The notes under the pieces were generated by a model that had not been told where the DNA came from, searched no databases, and was given only the letters and a program-made list of their open reading frames with translations. From the NCBI GenBank assembly GCA_049520815.1, contig JBEKPL010000001.1, forward strand, positions 2,847-66,846: DNA of 64,000 nt. Direction: 5' to 3'. Position 1 is the first letter of the stretch. The number at the start of each line of letters is the position of its first letter. Both the position numbers and the translations under genes were made by a program. Below are positions 39,686-48,970 of the stretch, one piece after another. The stretch is from Candidatus Limnocylindrales bacterium (lineage in GTDB: Bacteria > Chloroflexota > Limnocylindria > Limnocylindrales > CSP1-4).

Positions 39686-40640
39686 CTGTTCCGGTGGCCT
39701 TCCAGCATGCGACCCAGTGGTCACGCTCAACCTCCACGAATGGCGGCTCCTCCCGGCATTTCGAGAAGGCCAGCGGGCAGCGCGCCCGAAAGCGGCACCC
39801 CGTCGGTGGGTTCAGCAGCGAGGGAGGGCTACCGGGAATCCCGGACAGCTTCTTGTCGGCGTAGCGAACCCCGACCTCCGGAAGCGACGACACGAGCATC
39901 CGGGTGTACGGGTGCAAGGGCTTCTCGATGATGACGCTCGTGGAAGCCTTTTCGGCCAGCTTGCCCGCGTACATGATCAGGATCGAGTCCGCGATCTGGT
40001 ACAGGATCGAGACATCGTGGGTGATCACGATCATGCTCCTGACAAAGCCATGATCGCGGAAGCTGACGAGGGTTTCGGCCACGGCCCGCTGCGTCGAAAC
40101 GTCCAGGGCCGAGGTGATCTCGTCGGCGATCAGCAGCGCCGGGTCCATGAGCGTGGAAATGACCATGACCATGCGCTGCTTCATCCCACCCGACAGCTCG
40201 ATGGGATAGCGGTCCAACACGTCGCGCTGGAGCCCCACGAGGTCGATGCGATGCTGAAGCTCGGGCTTGATCTCGCTGTAGCGCTTCCCGCGCGACTGGA
40301 CCAGCTCGGAGATCATCTTGCCGATCTTCCTGGTTGGGTTCATCGCGCTCATGGCGTACTGCGGGATCTCGGAGACGTCCCAGAATCGGTACTGCACCAT
40401 CTCCTTCGAGTCCCAGATGGGCAGTTCGTTGCCGTCAAGAGTCACGCTCCCGGCGACATACTTCATCCGGCCGTCGAGGCGAATGAGGCTGTTTCCAAGC
40501 GTCGACTTGCCGCACCCGGACTCGCCGGCGAGGCCCATGATCTCCTTGTCGGCGACGGCGAAGGTTGCCCCATCGAGCGCCTTCACGTCTCCGGCGAGTG
40601 TTCGGTAGTAGACCCGAAGGTCGGACACCTGGAGGCTCAC
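39678..40640 (-). CDS. Opp/Dpp-type ABC transporter ATP-binding protein (OppD-like)
   Basis: It has GESGCGKST and LSGGMKQRM motifs. The GTG start (VSLQVSDLRVYY) lies just after the upstream permease stop. Confidence 0.8.
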   Translation of the reverse strand: MSLQVSDLRVYYRTLAGDVKALDGATFAVADKEIMGLAGESGCGKSTLGNSLIRLDGRMKYVAGSVTLDGNELPIWDSKEMVQYRFWDVSEIPQYAMSAMNPTRKIGKMISELVQSRGKRYSEIKPELQHRIDLVGLQRDVLDRYPIELSGGMKQRMVMVISTLMDPALLIADEITSALDVSTQRAVAETLVSFRDHGFVRSMIVITHDVSILYQIADSILIMYAGKLAEKASTSVIIEKPLHPYTRMLVSSLPEVGVRYADKKLSGIPGSPPSLLNPPTGCRFRARCPLAFSKCREEPPFVEVERDHWVACWKATGTDA

Positions 40641-40642
40641 GG

Positions 40643-41578
40643 CTACGTTTCCCTGAGTTTGGGGTTGAAGATCTCGTCGAGCCCCACGTTCATCACGTAC
40701 AGGGCCCCGACCACGGCCATGATCCCGATGCCTGGCGGTATGAACCACCACCATATGCCGAGCTGCAGCGCGGCCCCATAGGTCACGGAGTTGAACATCA
40801 TCAGGCCGAGCGATAGACCACCCGTCGGTCCCAGACCGATGAAGTCCAGGCTGGCAGCGATCAGGATCGCGCCTCCGAAGAGCAGGATGAACGTCAGGAA
40901 CAGATAAGAGCTCATGTTTGGGGCGATCTCGGTGACGATGATCTTCCAGCTTCCCCGACCGCTGAGCTTGGCGAGATCGATGAAGTCCCGGGAGCGCAGC
41001 GAGAACGTCTGGGCGCGAATTGCGCGCGCAGCCCACGGCCAGGAGGTCATGCCGATGAAGATGGCCTCGAACAGGACACCTCGCGCCTGCAGATATGACG
41101 TGATCACCAGCAGGACGGCTAGCGTCGGGATCACCAGGAAGACGTTGGTGATCATGTTTAGGACTTCGTCGGTCCAGCCGCCGCGGTAGCCGGCAGTGAA
41201 GCCAACGGCCATCCCGATCGCGGCCGCCAGTCCACCGCCCAGGAAGCCCACGAAGAACGTGGCCTGCAGGCCGCTGACAAACTGGGCGAAGACATCCTCG
41301 CCGAAGTACGTCTGGCCGAACCAGTTGCCCGGGTCCAGGGTTGGATGCCGCTGGGGAAGGCCATCCTGGGCGATCGGATCGGTAGGATCGATCATCGGCC
41401 CGAATATCGCCAGGAAGGCCAGAAACAGGAGGATTGCTGAAGCGATCAGGAACTTCTTCGACCGCAGGGCGAAGAAGAGGAACTCGCCGCGTGCGCGCTT
41501 GGCCGGAGGAGTCGCGTCTTCGGCGGCGTCCTGCGATGGCGGGCTCGGTGCTGTCGCTGTGCCAGGCGCCGCCGTCAC
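40643..41578 (-). CDS. ABC transporter permease (OppC/DppC-like)
   Basis: The 311-aa protein has 6 TM helices and an EAA-loop region. Confidence 0.85.
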   Translation of the reverse strand: MTAAPGTATAPSPPSQDAAEDATPPAKRARGEFLFFALRSKKFLIASAILLFLAFLAIFGPMIDPTDPIAQDGLPQRHPTLDPGNWFGQTYFGEDVFAQFVSGLQATFFVGFLGGGLAAAIGMAVGFTAGYRGGWTDEVLNMITNVFLVIPTLAVLLVITSYLQARGVLFEAIFIGMTSWPWAARAIRAQTFSLRSRDFIDLAKLSGRGSWKIIVTEIAPNMSSYLFLTFILLFGGAILIAASLDFIGLGPTGGLSLGLMMFNSVTYGAALQLGIWWWFIPPGIGIMAVVGALYVMNVGLDEIFNPKLRET

Positions 41579-42570
41579 GCCGTGCCTCCTCGCATGGCCA
41601 CGCGGGTTCGTGGATCGACGATGACGTAGGCGATATCGACGAGGAAGTTGGCTATCAGGACACCCGCGATGATGAACAGGAAGATCCCCTGCAACAAGAA
41701 GTAGTCCTCACTCTTGATGGCCTCGAAGACGAGGCTGCCCACGCCCGGATAGGAGAAGACGATCTCAGTCACGAGCGCTCCGGCAACTATCACGCCCAGC
41801 GAAAGAGCCAGGCCGGTGATCTGCGGCAGCATCGCGTTCCGGAATGCGTACTTGCGGACGAGGCTCTGCGGGGCGCCGAGCACCTCCAGGTAGCGGCTGT
41901 AGTCCGACTCCAATTCGTAGATGATCATGTTCCTCATGCCGATCGCCCAGCCGCCGAACCCGACGAGGAAGAGCGACAGGAACGGCAGGACCCAGTGGGC
42001 TACCAGGTCCGTGAAGTACAGCCAGGTCAGCGACGGCTCGAGGTTGAAGCCGTAGCCACCGGAGAAGGGGAACCATCGAAGGGTGTATCCGAGCACGAAC
42101 GACAGGACTATCGCAAGCCACATGTAGGGCGTGGCCGTCAGGATGTAGCCCAGGGGCAGAACGGTACTGTCGAGCCACCTGCGGCGGGCTGCGAGGGCTC
42201 CGAAGGAATTGCCGGCCCACCAGCTCAACAGGATCGCCGGGACCAGCAGGGCCAGAGTGTATGGCACCGCGCGCATGATCATGTCGGTCACGGGCGTGCC
42301 GTGGCCGTAAACGCTCAGCCCAAGGTTGCCGTGGAGCAGGGACCCCCAGAAGTTCAGGTATTGCGCCGGCAGGGGCTGGTTCAGGCCGAAGAGGTTGTAG
42401 TAGTAATCGGACAGCGCTTGGGCCGCTTCCGGCGAGATGCCGTTCGTCCGAGCTACCAGGGACGCGACGGGATCACCGGGCATGAACCGCGGGATCAACC
42501 AGTCGATCGTTGCGGCCACGAAGAACGTGATCGAGTAGGTAAGTAGCTTTCGCCCGAAGTAGCGTCGCAC
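41575..42570 (-). CDS. ABC transporter permease (OppB/DppB-like)
   Basis: The 331-aa protein overlaps the next permease by 4 nt. Confidence 0.85.
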   Translation of the reverse strand: MRRYFGRKLLTYSITFFVAATIDWLIPRFMPGDPVASLVARTNGISPEAAQALSDYYYNLFGLNQPLPAQYLNFWGSLLHGNLGLSVYGHGTPVTDMIMRAVPYTLALLVPAILLSWWAGNSFGALAARRRWLDSTVLPLGYILTATPYMWLAIVLSFVLGYTLRWFPFSGGYGFNLEPSLTWLYFTDLVAHWVLPFLSLFLVGFGGWAIGMRNMIIYELESDYSRYLEVLGAPQSLVRKYAFRNAMLPQITGLALSLGVIVAGALVTEIVFSYPGVGSLVFEAIKSEDYFLLQGIFLFIIAGVLIANFLVDIAYVIVDPRTRVAMRGGTA

Positions 42571-42680
42571 GCGATCTCCCGTTCGCGGATCCTGCGATCA
42601 GACGTTCGCGGATCCCGCAATCAGAGAATTGCCCCTCCCCCCGGGGGTTGAGACGGGGGGAGGGGCACCGTTGCTAACGG

Positions 42681-44495
42681 TTACTTCTTGGGGACGGCCT
42701 TGATGTTGGTGAGCATGTAGATTGCTCCCATCTGCCAATAGCCGTTCCACGTCGCTGGCTGGACTTGATAGGTCTTCTCGCCCGGCCAGTTGGTCCAGAC
42801 CGAGTTGTTGACCTGCGACCACTCGCCGTTGTACCAGAGCGGGATGATCGGCTCGTCAGTCAGCTGGATCTTCTGGAGCTGCGAGCAAATGGACTTCATG
42901 GTGGCGGTGTCCTCGACCGGCGTCTGGTCGAGCTGCTGGACGAGTTTCCACGCCGCCGCGTTGTCGTACTGCTCGAAGTTGCGGTTACGGGCGGCGCCCG
43001 CCGCAATCTGCGGCTGGCGGAAGATGTAGTCGTAGTACGTCCAGGGCGTGTTGCCGATCTGGACGTCGTTGTTGATCACAAGGTCGAAGGCCGGGGCGGC
43101 CTTGTCGGTTCCGTTGCGATCGGCTACGACCGTGTTGTAGTCGGGGTGAGCGGCGACGACGTTGATGCCGGCGGCCTTGGCGTCGGCGGCGATCAGGTTC
43201 TCGGCCGCCATCCAGTCGGACCAGCCATCAGGCACTTCGAGGTTCAACTTGATGGGCGAGCCGTCCTTGTTCGTGACGAACCCGTCGGAGCCAGTCTTGT
43301 ACCCGGCGGCCTTCAGGGCAGCCTTGGCCTTGGCCGTATCGAACGTCGCGCCGAGCGACGCAACCTGAGCCTTGTCGATGTACTTGTCCCACACCGGCAG
43401 GAGGCCCGTCGGGTCTGCCGCTGCGACGATGTTGCCGTAGTCCTTGACTACCACGTTCTGCGGGTTGATAGCCATCGCAAGTGCCTTGCGGAAGGCCGGG
43501 TCGTCAAGCGGCTTGTGCTTGGTGTTCGGAACGAGCCACGCGGTGTTGCCCGAAAGCATGTAGGGCGGGCCCGCGAAGTACGTGGTGATGCCGTAATTGC
43601 CATTGACGATCTGCGCGATGCCGGGCAGGTAGTTGTTGTCCAGGTCCAGGCCGCCGGCCAGAAGCTGACCGAGGGCGACGTTGTTGGAGCTGTTGACGAT
43701 GTCAACGATGTACGTGGGCTGGACGTTGAGGTTGAGGGCCTTGGTCGCCCACCACGTCGGGTTCTTCATCCAGACCATGCGGTCCTGGGCGGCCGTCTTG
43801 AACGTGTACGGACCGGTGCCAACGCCGTTCATGTTGAGATTCTTGAGGATGTCGGCGTTGTTCAGCGGGGTCCAGATCTTCGCGTTGACGATCGGGGAGT
43901 TGTAAAGCCACTGGGCCCATTCCTGGTACGCCGGGTTGGCCTTGAACTTCACGACGACGTCCTTGCCGGAGGCGGTCGCGCTGGCGACGTAGTCGAACAG
44001 GTTGGAGCCGATCGCCTTGTTCTGCGCGAGGTTGATCGTGAAGGCCACGTCGTCTGCCGTGAAGGCTGAGCCGTCGGACCAGGTCACACCATCGCGGACG
44101 TGGATCGTGTACGTCGTCTTGGCGGTATCCCAGTCCCCACCGGAAGCGAGCCACGGGGTATAGGCGTCCTTGATCGGATCGTACAGGAACAGGGTTTCGT
44201 ACTGGAGTCCTACCACGCCCATGGCGGCGTTGGGATCCAACGGGTTCCAGGTGGCCGGGGCGCCCCACTGCTTACCGCTGGTGTACAGGGTCTGCTCGCG
44301 CGGGTAGACCGTCGTGTCCGTCGCCGGGAGTCCGGTGGCGCTCGCCGCGGGGGTTGGTGTGACGCCCGGGGCTTCCGTCCCCGGCACCGGCGTTGGCGCT
44401 ACCGAGGTGGGCGTCGCATTCGAACTACCGCACGCGGAGGCGACGATGCTCGCGACGGCGAGCAGAGCTAGAACCCTGGATTTGCCTATGTGCAT
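42681..44495 (-). CDS. ABC transporter substrate-binding lipoprotein, family 5 (oligosaccharide/oligopeptide-binding)
   Basis: The ATG at 44495 is preceded by GGAAGGAGG. A lipobox LALLAVASIVASAC is present. The ~600-aa protein is SBP_bac_5-like. Confidence 0.85.
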   Translation of the reverse strand: MHIGKSRVLALLAVASIVASACGSSNATPTSVAPTPVPGTEAPGVTPTPAASATGLPATDTTVYPREQTLYTSGKQWGAPATWNPLDPNAAMGVVGLQYETLFLYDPIKDAYTPWLASGGDWDTAKTTYTIHVRDGVTWSDGSAFTADDVAFTINLAQNKAIGSNLFDYVASATASGKDVVVKFKANPAYQEWAQWLYNSPIVNAKIWTPLNNADILKNLNMNGVGTGPYTFKTAAQDRMVWMKNPTWWATKALNLNVQPTYIVDIVNSSNNVALGQLLAGGLDLDNNYLPGIAQIVNGNYGITTYFAGPPYMLSGNTAWLVPNTKHKPLDDPAFRKALAMAINPQNVVVKDYGNIVAAADPTGLLPVWDKYIDKAQVASLGATFDTAKAKAALKAAGYKTGSDGFVTNKDGSPIKLNLEVPDGWSDWMAAENLIAADAKAAGINVVAAHPDYNTVVADRNGTDKAAPAFDLVINNDVQIGNTPWTYYDYIFRQPQIAAGAARNRNFEQYDNAAAWKLVQQLDQTPVEDTATMKSICSQLQKIQLTDEPIIPLWYNGEWSQVNNSVWTNWPGEKTYQVQPATWNGYWQMGAIYMLTNIKAVPKK

Positions 44496-44650
44496 CCCTT
44501 TCCTCCTTCCCCATGAGGAGCGCAGGAGCAGCACGCTGGGACCTGACCGAAATCAGGCACGCTGGACGCCCCACATGGCTAAAGCCAGATCACCAACTCC
44601 GTTGGTCGCCCCCGTGACGGGGAGGGCCAGGGCATCGGCGGACACGACAG

Positions 44651-44700
44651 TAGACCGCGTTTAGTAGCCTGTCAATCTAAAACTTTGACTGGTAGTTTAG
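44651..44700. promoter_or_regulatory. AT-rich candidate operator/promoter region between the SBP operon and the LacI gene
   Basis: The inverted repeat is GTCAA-N9-TTGAC. CGTTTAG/AGTTTAG motifs lie at 44657 and 44694, with a third at 44824. The region is unusually AT-rich for this genome. Confidence 0.3.
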
Positions 44701-44834
44701 TACTATGCCTGCGGATTTGCCCTTTCGGACGTGCTTGGACCGGCGATCTGGGTGCGCGCGGCCCTCTCGGACAACGGCAGGAGCCGGTTGACGCGACCAT
44801 TCACCGCTGATAAGGTAAGTAAGCGTTTAGTAGC

Positions 44835-45956
44835 GTGATGGAGCAGATTGTGCCGAGGGGAAATGGACGCAAGGTGGCGACACTCGCGGACGTCGCGGCC
44901 GCTGTGGGCCTTTCGCCGGCTGCGGTTTCGCTCGCCTTACGTGGCAAGCCAGGAGTATCGGAGACGACCCGGCAGCGGGTCGTGGACGCGTCCCGAAGCC
45001 TCGGCTACCGACCTCTCTCGACTCGCCATCACCAGGGCCCCCTGACGGTCACGCTCGTAATCCGGGCGCTGCACGGCGACTCCCCGGGTGCCAACCGCTT
45101 CTACGGCCCGGTTCTGGGCGGAGTCGAGGAGCGCTGCCGCAGGCTCCACATCCGGTTGATGCTCGCCATCATGCCCGTCGACCAGTACAACCACCCCATC
45201 GAGGTGCCGCACTCCGTCACCGACCGGCTGAGCGACGGGCTGATCTTCGTGGGCGCTCACTTCGCCAACGCCATCAGCCCGCTCCTGCAGGGCGCCCTAC
45301 CCACGGTCCTGGTCGATGCCTACGCCGAGGACGGGGTGTTCGACGCCGTCGAGACTGACAACATCCTGGGCGGAAGGACCGCGGTCGAGCACCTCGTGAG
45401 CCGCGGCCACCGCAACATCGCCATCGTCGGCACCGACCCGGGCGCCTTCCCGAGCATCCTGCAACGACGGCGCGGCTACGAGCAGGCGATGGCCGAAGCC
45501 GGTCTAACTGCCCGCTACGTCGACGCGCCGTACTACGAGCACGAGGCCGCTGCCGCCTCGGCCATCAGATACCTGCGCGCGAACCCGAGCGTAACGGCGA
45601 TCTTCTGCGCCAACGACCTGGTCGCGATCACCTTCATACAGGCCGCCAAGCAGGCCGGGATTTCGGTGCCTGAGAGAGTATCCGTGGTCGGGTTCGACGA
45701 CATCGACCTGGCCAGCTTCATGTCGCCGGCCTTGACCACCATGGCAGTCGACAAGGCCGGGATGGGACGTCTCGCGGTCACCCTGCTTGCGCACAGAATC
45801 GATGTCGGCGAGGAGTGCGTGATTTCCACGCTCCTCCGGCCTCAGCTCATCGAGCGCGAATCCGTCCGAACGATCGAGCTGGCTCCCCCGTCACCGGAGA
45901 AGCGGCCGATGCTTCGCCCACAACCGGAACCGGCCCAGGCGGTCGAGCGAGCATGA
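44835..45956 (+). CDS. LacI-family transcriptional regulator
   Basis: The N-terminal HTH is ATLADVAAAVGLSPAAVSLALRG. It is followed by a periplasmic-binding-protein-like sugar-binding core. Confidence 0.85.
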   Translation: MMEQIVPRGNGRKVATLADVAAAVGLSPAAVSLALRGKPGVSETTRQRVVDASRSLGYRPLSTRHHQGPLTVTLVIRALHGDSPGANRFYGPVLGGVEERCRRLHIRLMLAIMPVDQYNHPIEVPHSVTDRLSDGLIFVGAHFANAISPLLQGALPTVLVDAYAEDGVFDAVETDNILGGRTAVEHLVSRGHRNIAIVGTDPGAFPSILQRRRGYEQAMAEAGLTARYVDAPYYEHEAAAASAIRYLRANPSVTAIFCANDLVAITFIQAAKQAGISVPERVSVVGFDDIDLASFMSPALTTMAVDKAGMGRLAVTLLAHRIDVGEECVISTLLRPQLIERESVRTIELAPPSPEKRPMLRPQPEPAQAVERA

Positions 45957-45983
45957 CGATCGCCTCTCAACGAAAGGGTCTGC

Positions 45984-47003
45984 ATGAATCCTGCTGACGT
46001 CCCCGCCGGGCCAGTGGGCGCCGCACGATCCACCGCACTCCCGACGATTCCCTGGGAAGATCGACCGTCCGGCAGCTCCGAGGTGGTGTGGAGATCGAGC
46101 CGCAATCCGATCATTCGACGCGACCAGATCGCCCGCTCCAACAGCATCTTCAATTCGGCAGTGGTTCCGTTCCGTGACGGATATGCCGGCGTCTTCCGAG
46201 TGGACGACACGACTCGCTTGATGGACCTCCACGCTGGTCGCAGCTCCGACGGTGTGGATTGGACCATCGAGCCCGGGACGATCAAGTGGGCACCTTGCGA
46301 TGGGCGCGTAGCCGAGATCGAGGAACGGTTCGAGTATTCGTACGACCCGCGCGTGACCTGGCTCGAAGATCGCTTCTACGTGACCTGGTGCAACGGATAT
46401 CACGGCCCCACGATCGGCGTTGGCTATACCCACGACTTCGAGACGTTCCACCAGCTCGACAACGCGTTCCTGCCGTTCAACCGCAACGGAGTCCTCTTCC
46501 CGCGCCGGGTGGGAGGCGTCTACCTGATGCTTTCCCGCCCAAGCGACAACGGTCACACACGCTTCGGCGACATCTTCGTCTCCGAGAGCCCCGATCTGAT
46601 CCACTGGGGTCGCCATCGTCACGTCATGGCGCCCAAGGGGTGGACGTGGGAGGCGACCAAGATAGGCGCCGGCCCAACCCCGATCGAGACACCCGAAGGC
46701 TGGCTGCTCATCTATCACGGCGTCCTGACCTCCTGCAACGGGTTCGTCTATTCGATGGGCGCCGCCCTGCTGGACCTGGACGAACCGTGGAGGGTGGTCG
46801 CCCGCAGCCGCGACTACATCCTCTCTCCCCAAATGCTCTACGAGCAGGTTGGCGACACCCCGAATGTCGTCTTTCCCTGCGCCGCTCTCCTAGACGCACC
46901 CACCGGCCGCCTCTCGATCTACTACGGCGGCGCCGACACGGTGGTATGCCTGGCCCACGGCTACCTGCCCGAGGTCATCGACTTCGTCAAGACTCGAAGC
47001 TGA
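45984..47003 (+). CDS. GH130 glycoside phosphorylase (β-1,4-mannosyl-glucose / β-mannooligosaccharide phosphorylase-like)
   Basis: The 339-aa protein is a five-bladed β-propeller family member (…[17 protein letters not shown]…[12 protein letters not shown]…GWLLIYHGV…). Confidence 0.8.
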   Translation: MNPADVPAGPVGAARSTALPTIPWEDRPSGSSEVVWRSSRNPIIRRDQIARSNSIFNSAVVPFRDGYAGVFRVDDTTRLMDLHAGRSSDGVDWTIEPGTIKWAPCDGRVAEIEERFEYSYDPRVTWLEDRFYVTWCNGYHGPTIGVGYTHDFETFHQLDNAFLPFNRNGVLFPRRVGGVYLMLSRPSDNGHTRFGDIFVSESPDLIHWGRHRHVMAPKGWTWEATKIGAGPTPIETPEGWLLIYHGVLTSCNGFVYSMGAALLDLDEPWRVVARSRDYILSPQMLYEQVGDTPNVVFPCAALLDAPTGRLSIYYGGADTVVCLAHGYLPEVIDFVKTRS

Positions 47004-47050
47004 GCGGGCGCCGAAGCCGGTGAGCCGGGGCGCGACCGCCGTACCTGTGG

Positions 47051-47290
47051 CTACTCCTCGCTCAGCCAGAGCGCGATGTCGCCGGCCGATGGGATGCGCC
47101 CGTAGCTGACGACCTTGCCGTCGATCACGAGACCCGGCGTGCTCATGACCCCATATGCGGCGATCTTGCGATAGTCGGTCACCTTGACGACCTCGGCCTC
47201 GACGCCGGCCATGGCGACGGCCTCGCGGGCATTCTCCGCGAGCTTCACGCAGTTGGAGCAGCCGGGTCCGAGGACTTCGATCTTCTTCAC
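47051..47290 (-). CDS. thioredoxin-family small protein (redox-active disulfide protein 2 type)
   Basis: The 79-aa protein has a CSNC active-site-like motif. It is the last gene of the ArsR–permease operon. Confidence 0.75.
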   Translation of the reverse strand: MKKIEVLGPGCSNCVKLAENAREAVAMAGVEAEVVKVTDYRKIAAYGVMSTPGLVIDGKVVSYGRIPSAGDIALWLSEE

Positions 47291-47309
47291 GAGGGGACTC
47301 CCTTCCGAG

Positions 47310-48362
47310 TCATGCGATGAGCGCGTTGAACAGGTAGCCGATGATGAGGATCCCGATCACCACGACGGTCGCGAAGACGGCGATGAGCTGCCAGCGGATG
47401 ACGCGGCGCAGGATGATGAACTCGGGGAGGCTGATGGCGGTGACCGCCATCATGAAGGCGAGCGTCGTGCCGAGCGGCATGCCCTTGCCCAGGAGCGCCT
47501 GCACGATAGGGATCGTGCCCGCGGCGTTCGAGTAGAGCGGGATCGCGATCAGCACGACGAGCGGCACCGCCAGCGGGTTGGAACGCCCGCCTATCGCGGC
47601 CACGAGCTCCGTCGGGGCGTAGCCGTGAATCAGGGCCCCGATCCCGATCCCGACCAGCAGGTAGGGCGTGATCTTGCGGACGAGGTCCTTCGTGTAGCGC
47701 CAGGCGTCCTCGAAGCGCTGCGTCCAGGTGAGCTTGATCTCGATGCCAGGCCGGACCGTGCCCTGCAACGCCCAGACGTAATCCTCAACGTAGCGTTCCA
47801 GGCCGAGCCTGCCGATGACCAGGCCGCCGACGATCGCCACCGTGAGTCCGGCGGCCATGTAGACGAGCGCGATGCCGGGTCCGAAGAGGCCCCAGAGCAG
47901 GACCAGGGCGACCTCGTTGACCATCGGCGAGCTGATCAGGAAGGCGAACGTGACTCCGAGCGGAATGCCGGCCTCGACGAAGCCGATGAAGAGCGGCACG
48001 GCCGAGCATGAGCAGAAGGGCGTGACGATGCCGAAGGACGCCGAGGTGACGGTTCCGGCCAGGAGCCCGCGCCCCGCGAGGGCGGATCGGACGCGCTCTG
48101 GCGAGAAGAAGCCGCGAATGAGCGTGACGACCGTCACGATGCCGAACAGGAGCAGGAGCACCTTGGGCACGTCCAGGAGGAAGAAGGCAACCGCCTCGCC
48201 GAGGTGCGAGCCGTGCTCGAGGCGCAGGAGATCGAAGCTGACCCAGCCCGCCAGCGGCGCCTCCACCAGCCAGGCGACGATCCAGGCAGCCGCGGCCGCG
48301 GCGACGACCAGTGGCAGCGGCAGATGCGGCCAGCGACCCCGGGCGAGGGAAAGTGCGGTCAT
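47310..48362 (-). CDS. arsP: ArsP-like permease (DUF318; putative organoarsenical efflux permease)
   Basis: The conserved TPFCSCS motif is present (GIVTPFCSCSAVPLF). The protein has 8 TM helices. The start at 48362 (MTALSLARG…) overlaps the arsR stop (ATGA). Confidence 0.7.
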   Translation of the reverse strand: MTALSLARGRWPHLPLPLVVAAAAAAWIVAWLVEAPLAGWVSFDLLRLEHGSHLGEAVAFFLLDVPKVLLLLFGIVTVVTLIRGFFSPERVRSALAGRGLLAGTVTSASFGIVTPFCSCSAVPLFIGFVEAGIPLGVTFAFLISSPMVNEVALVLLWGLFGPGIALVYMAAGLTVAIVGGLVIGRLGLERYVEDYVWALQGTVRPGIEIKLTWTQRFEDAWRYTKDLVRKITPYLLVGIGIGALIHGYAPTELVAAIGGRSNPLAVPLVVLIAIPLYSNAAGTIPIVQALLGKGMPLGTTLAFMMAVTAISLPEFIILRRVIRWQLIAVFATVVVIGILIIGYLFNALIA

Positions 48363-48712
48363 TTGGACCGGCCGAGGAGATCGTTGAGCCGGGCCAGGGC
48401 GGCTGCGCAGGCCGCCTCGTCGCGCTCGTAGTAGAAGCGCCGGGCGTCGGCATCCAGAAGCGCTCGCCGGATCAGGCCAGCCTCGCGAAGGCGGGCGAGG
48501 TGCATGGAGAGGTTGTTCTGGCGCTCGTTGAGCGCGGCCGACATCTCGCACACGCAATGGGGTCCGCTGCGCAGCATCGCCAGGACCGCGGCGCGGGTCG
48601 GATCGGCCAGGAGGACCGCGGCGGAAACGGCATCAGTGACCTCCGGCGCGGCGAGGTCGAGCCGCAGGCACGCGTCCGCGGCCAGCGCCGCCGATCCAGT
48701 CTGGGTGGTCAT
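48359..48712 (-). CDS. arsR: ArsR/SmtB-family metalloregulator
   Basis: The sequence LADPTRAAVLAMLRSGPHCVCEMSAAL shows an HTH with a CVC metal site. Confidence 0.8.
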   Translation of the reverse strand: MTTQTGSAALAADACLRLDLAAPEVTDAVSAAVLLADPTRAAVLAMLRSGPHCVCEMSAALNERQNNLSMHLARLREAGLIRRALLDADARRFYYERDEAACAAALARLNDLLGRSK

Positions 48713-48970
48713 GACGGCACCCCCTCAAGCACAGCGGCTGCAACCGCAGGTCCAGCGTGCCAATGCACCTACGTCTCCTTCGTCGTGGAGTCCGACGCCG
48801 CGAACTGCGGCCGGATCGTTTCAGCCCAAACTGTCTCAGTTCGGACTGATGCAACTGAGTGCCCATAGGCCTTTGTTCGCGGGCCGAACGGCTCTCAGCG
48901 CCGGGGCCGAGCTCGGAGGCCCGGGCATTCTGTTGACGGTCGGCGGCCGCAGAGACGTATCATCGAATTC

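Noticed and set aside
39444-44069. Plus-strand ORFs 39444..40781, 41434..42546 and 42765..44069 opposite the ABC transporter genes
   Set aside because: They are antisense to genes with Walker motifs, permease and SBP signatures. Their translations are Asp/Gly/Arg/Val-rich with no features.
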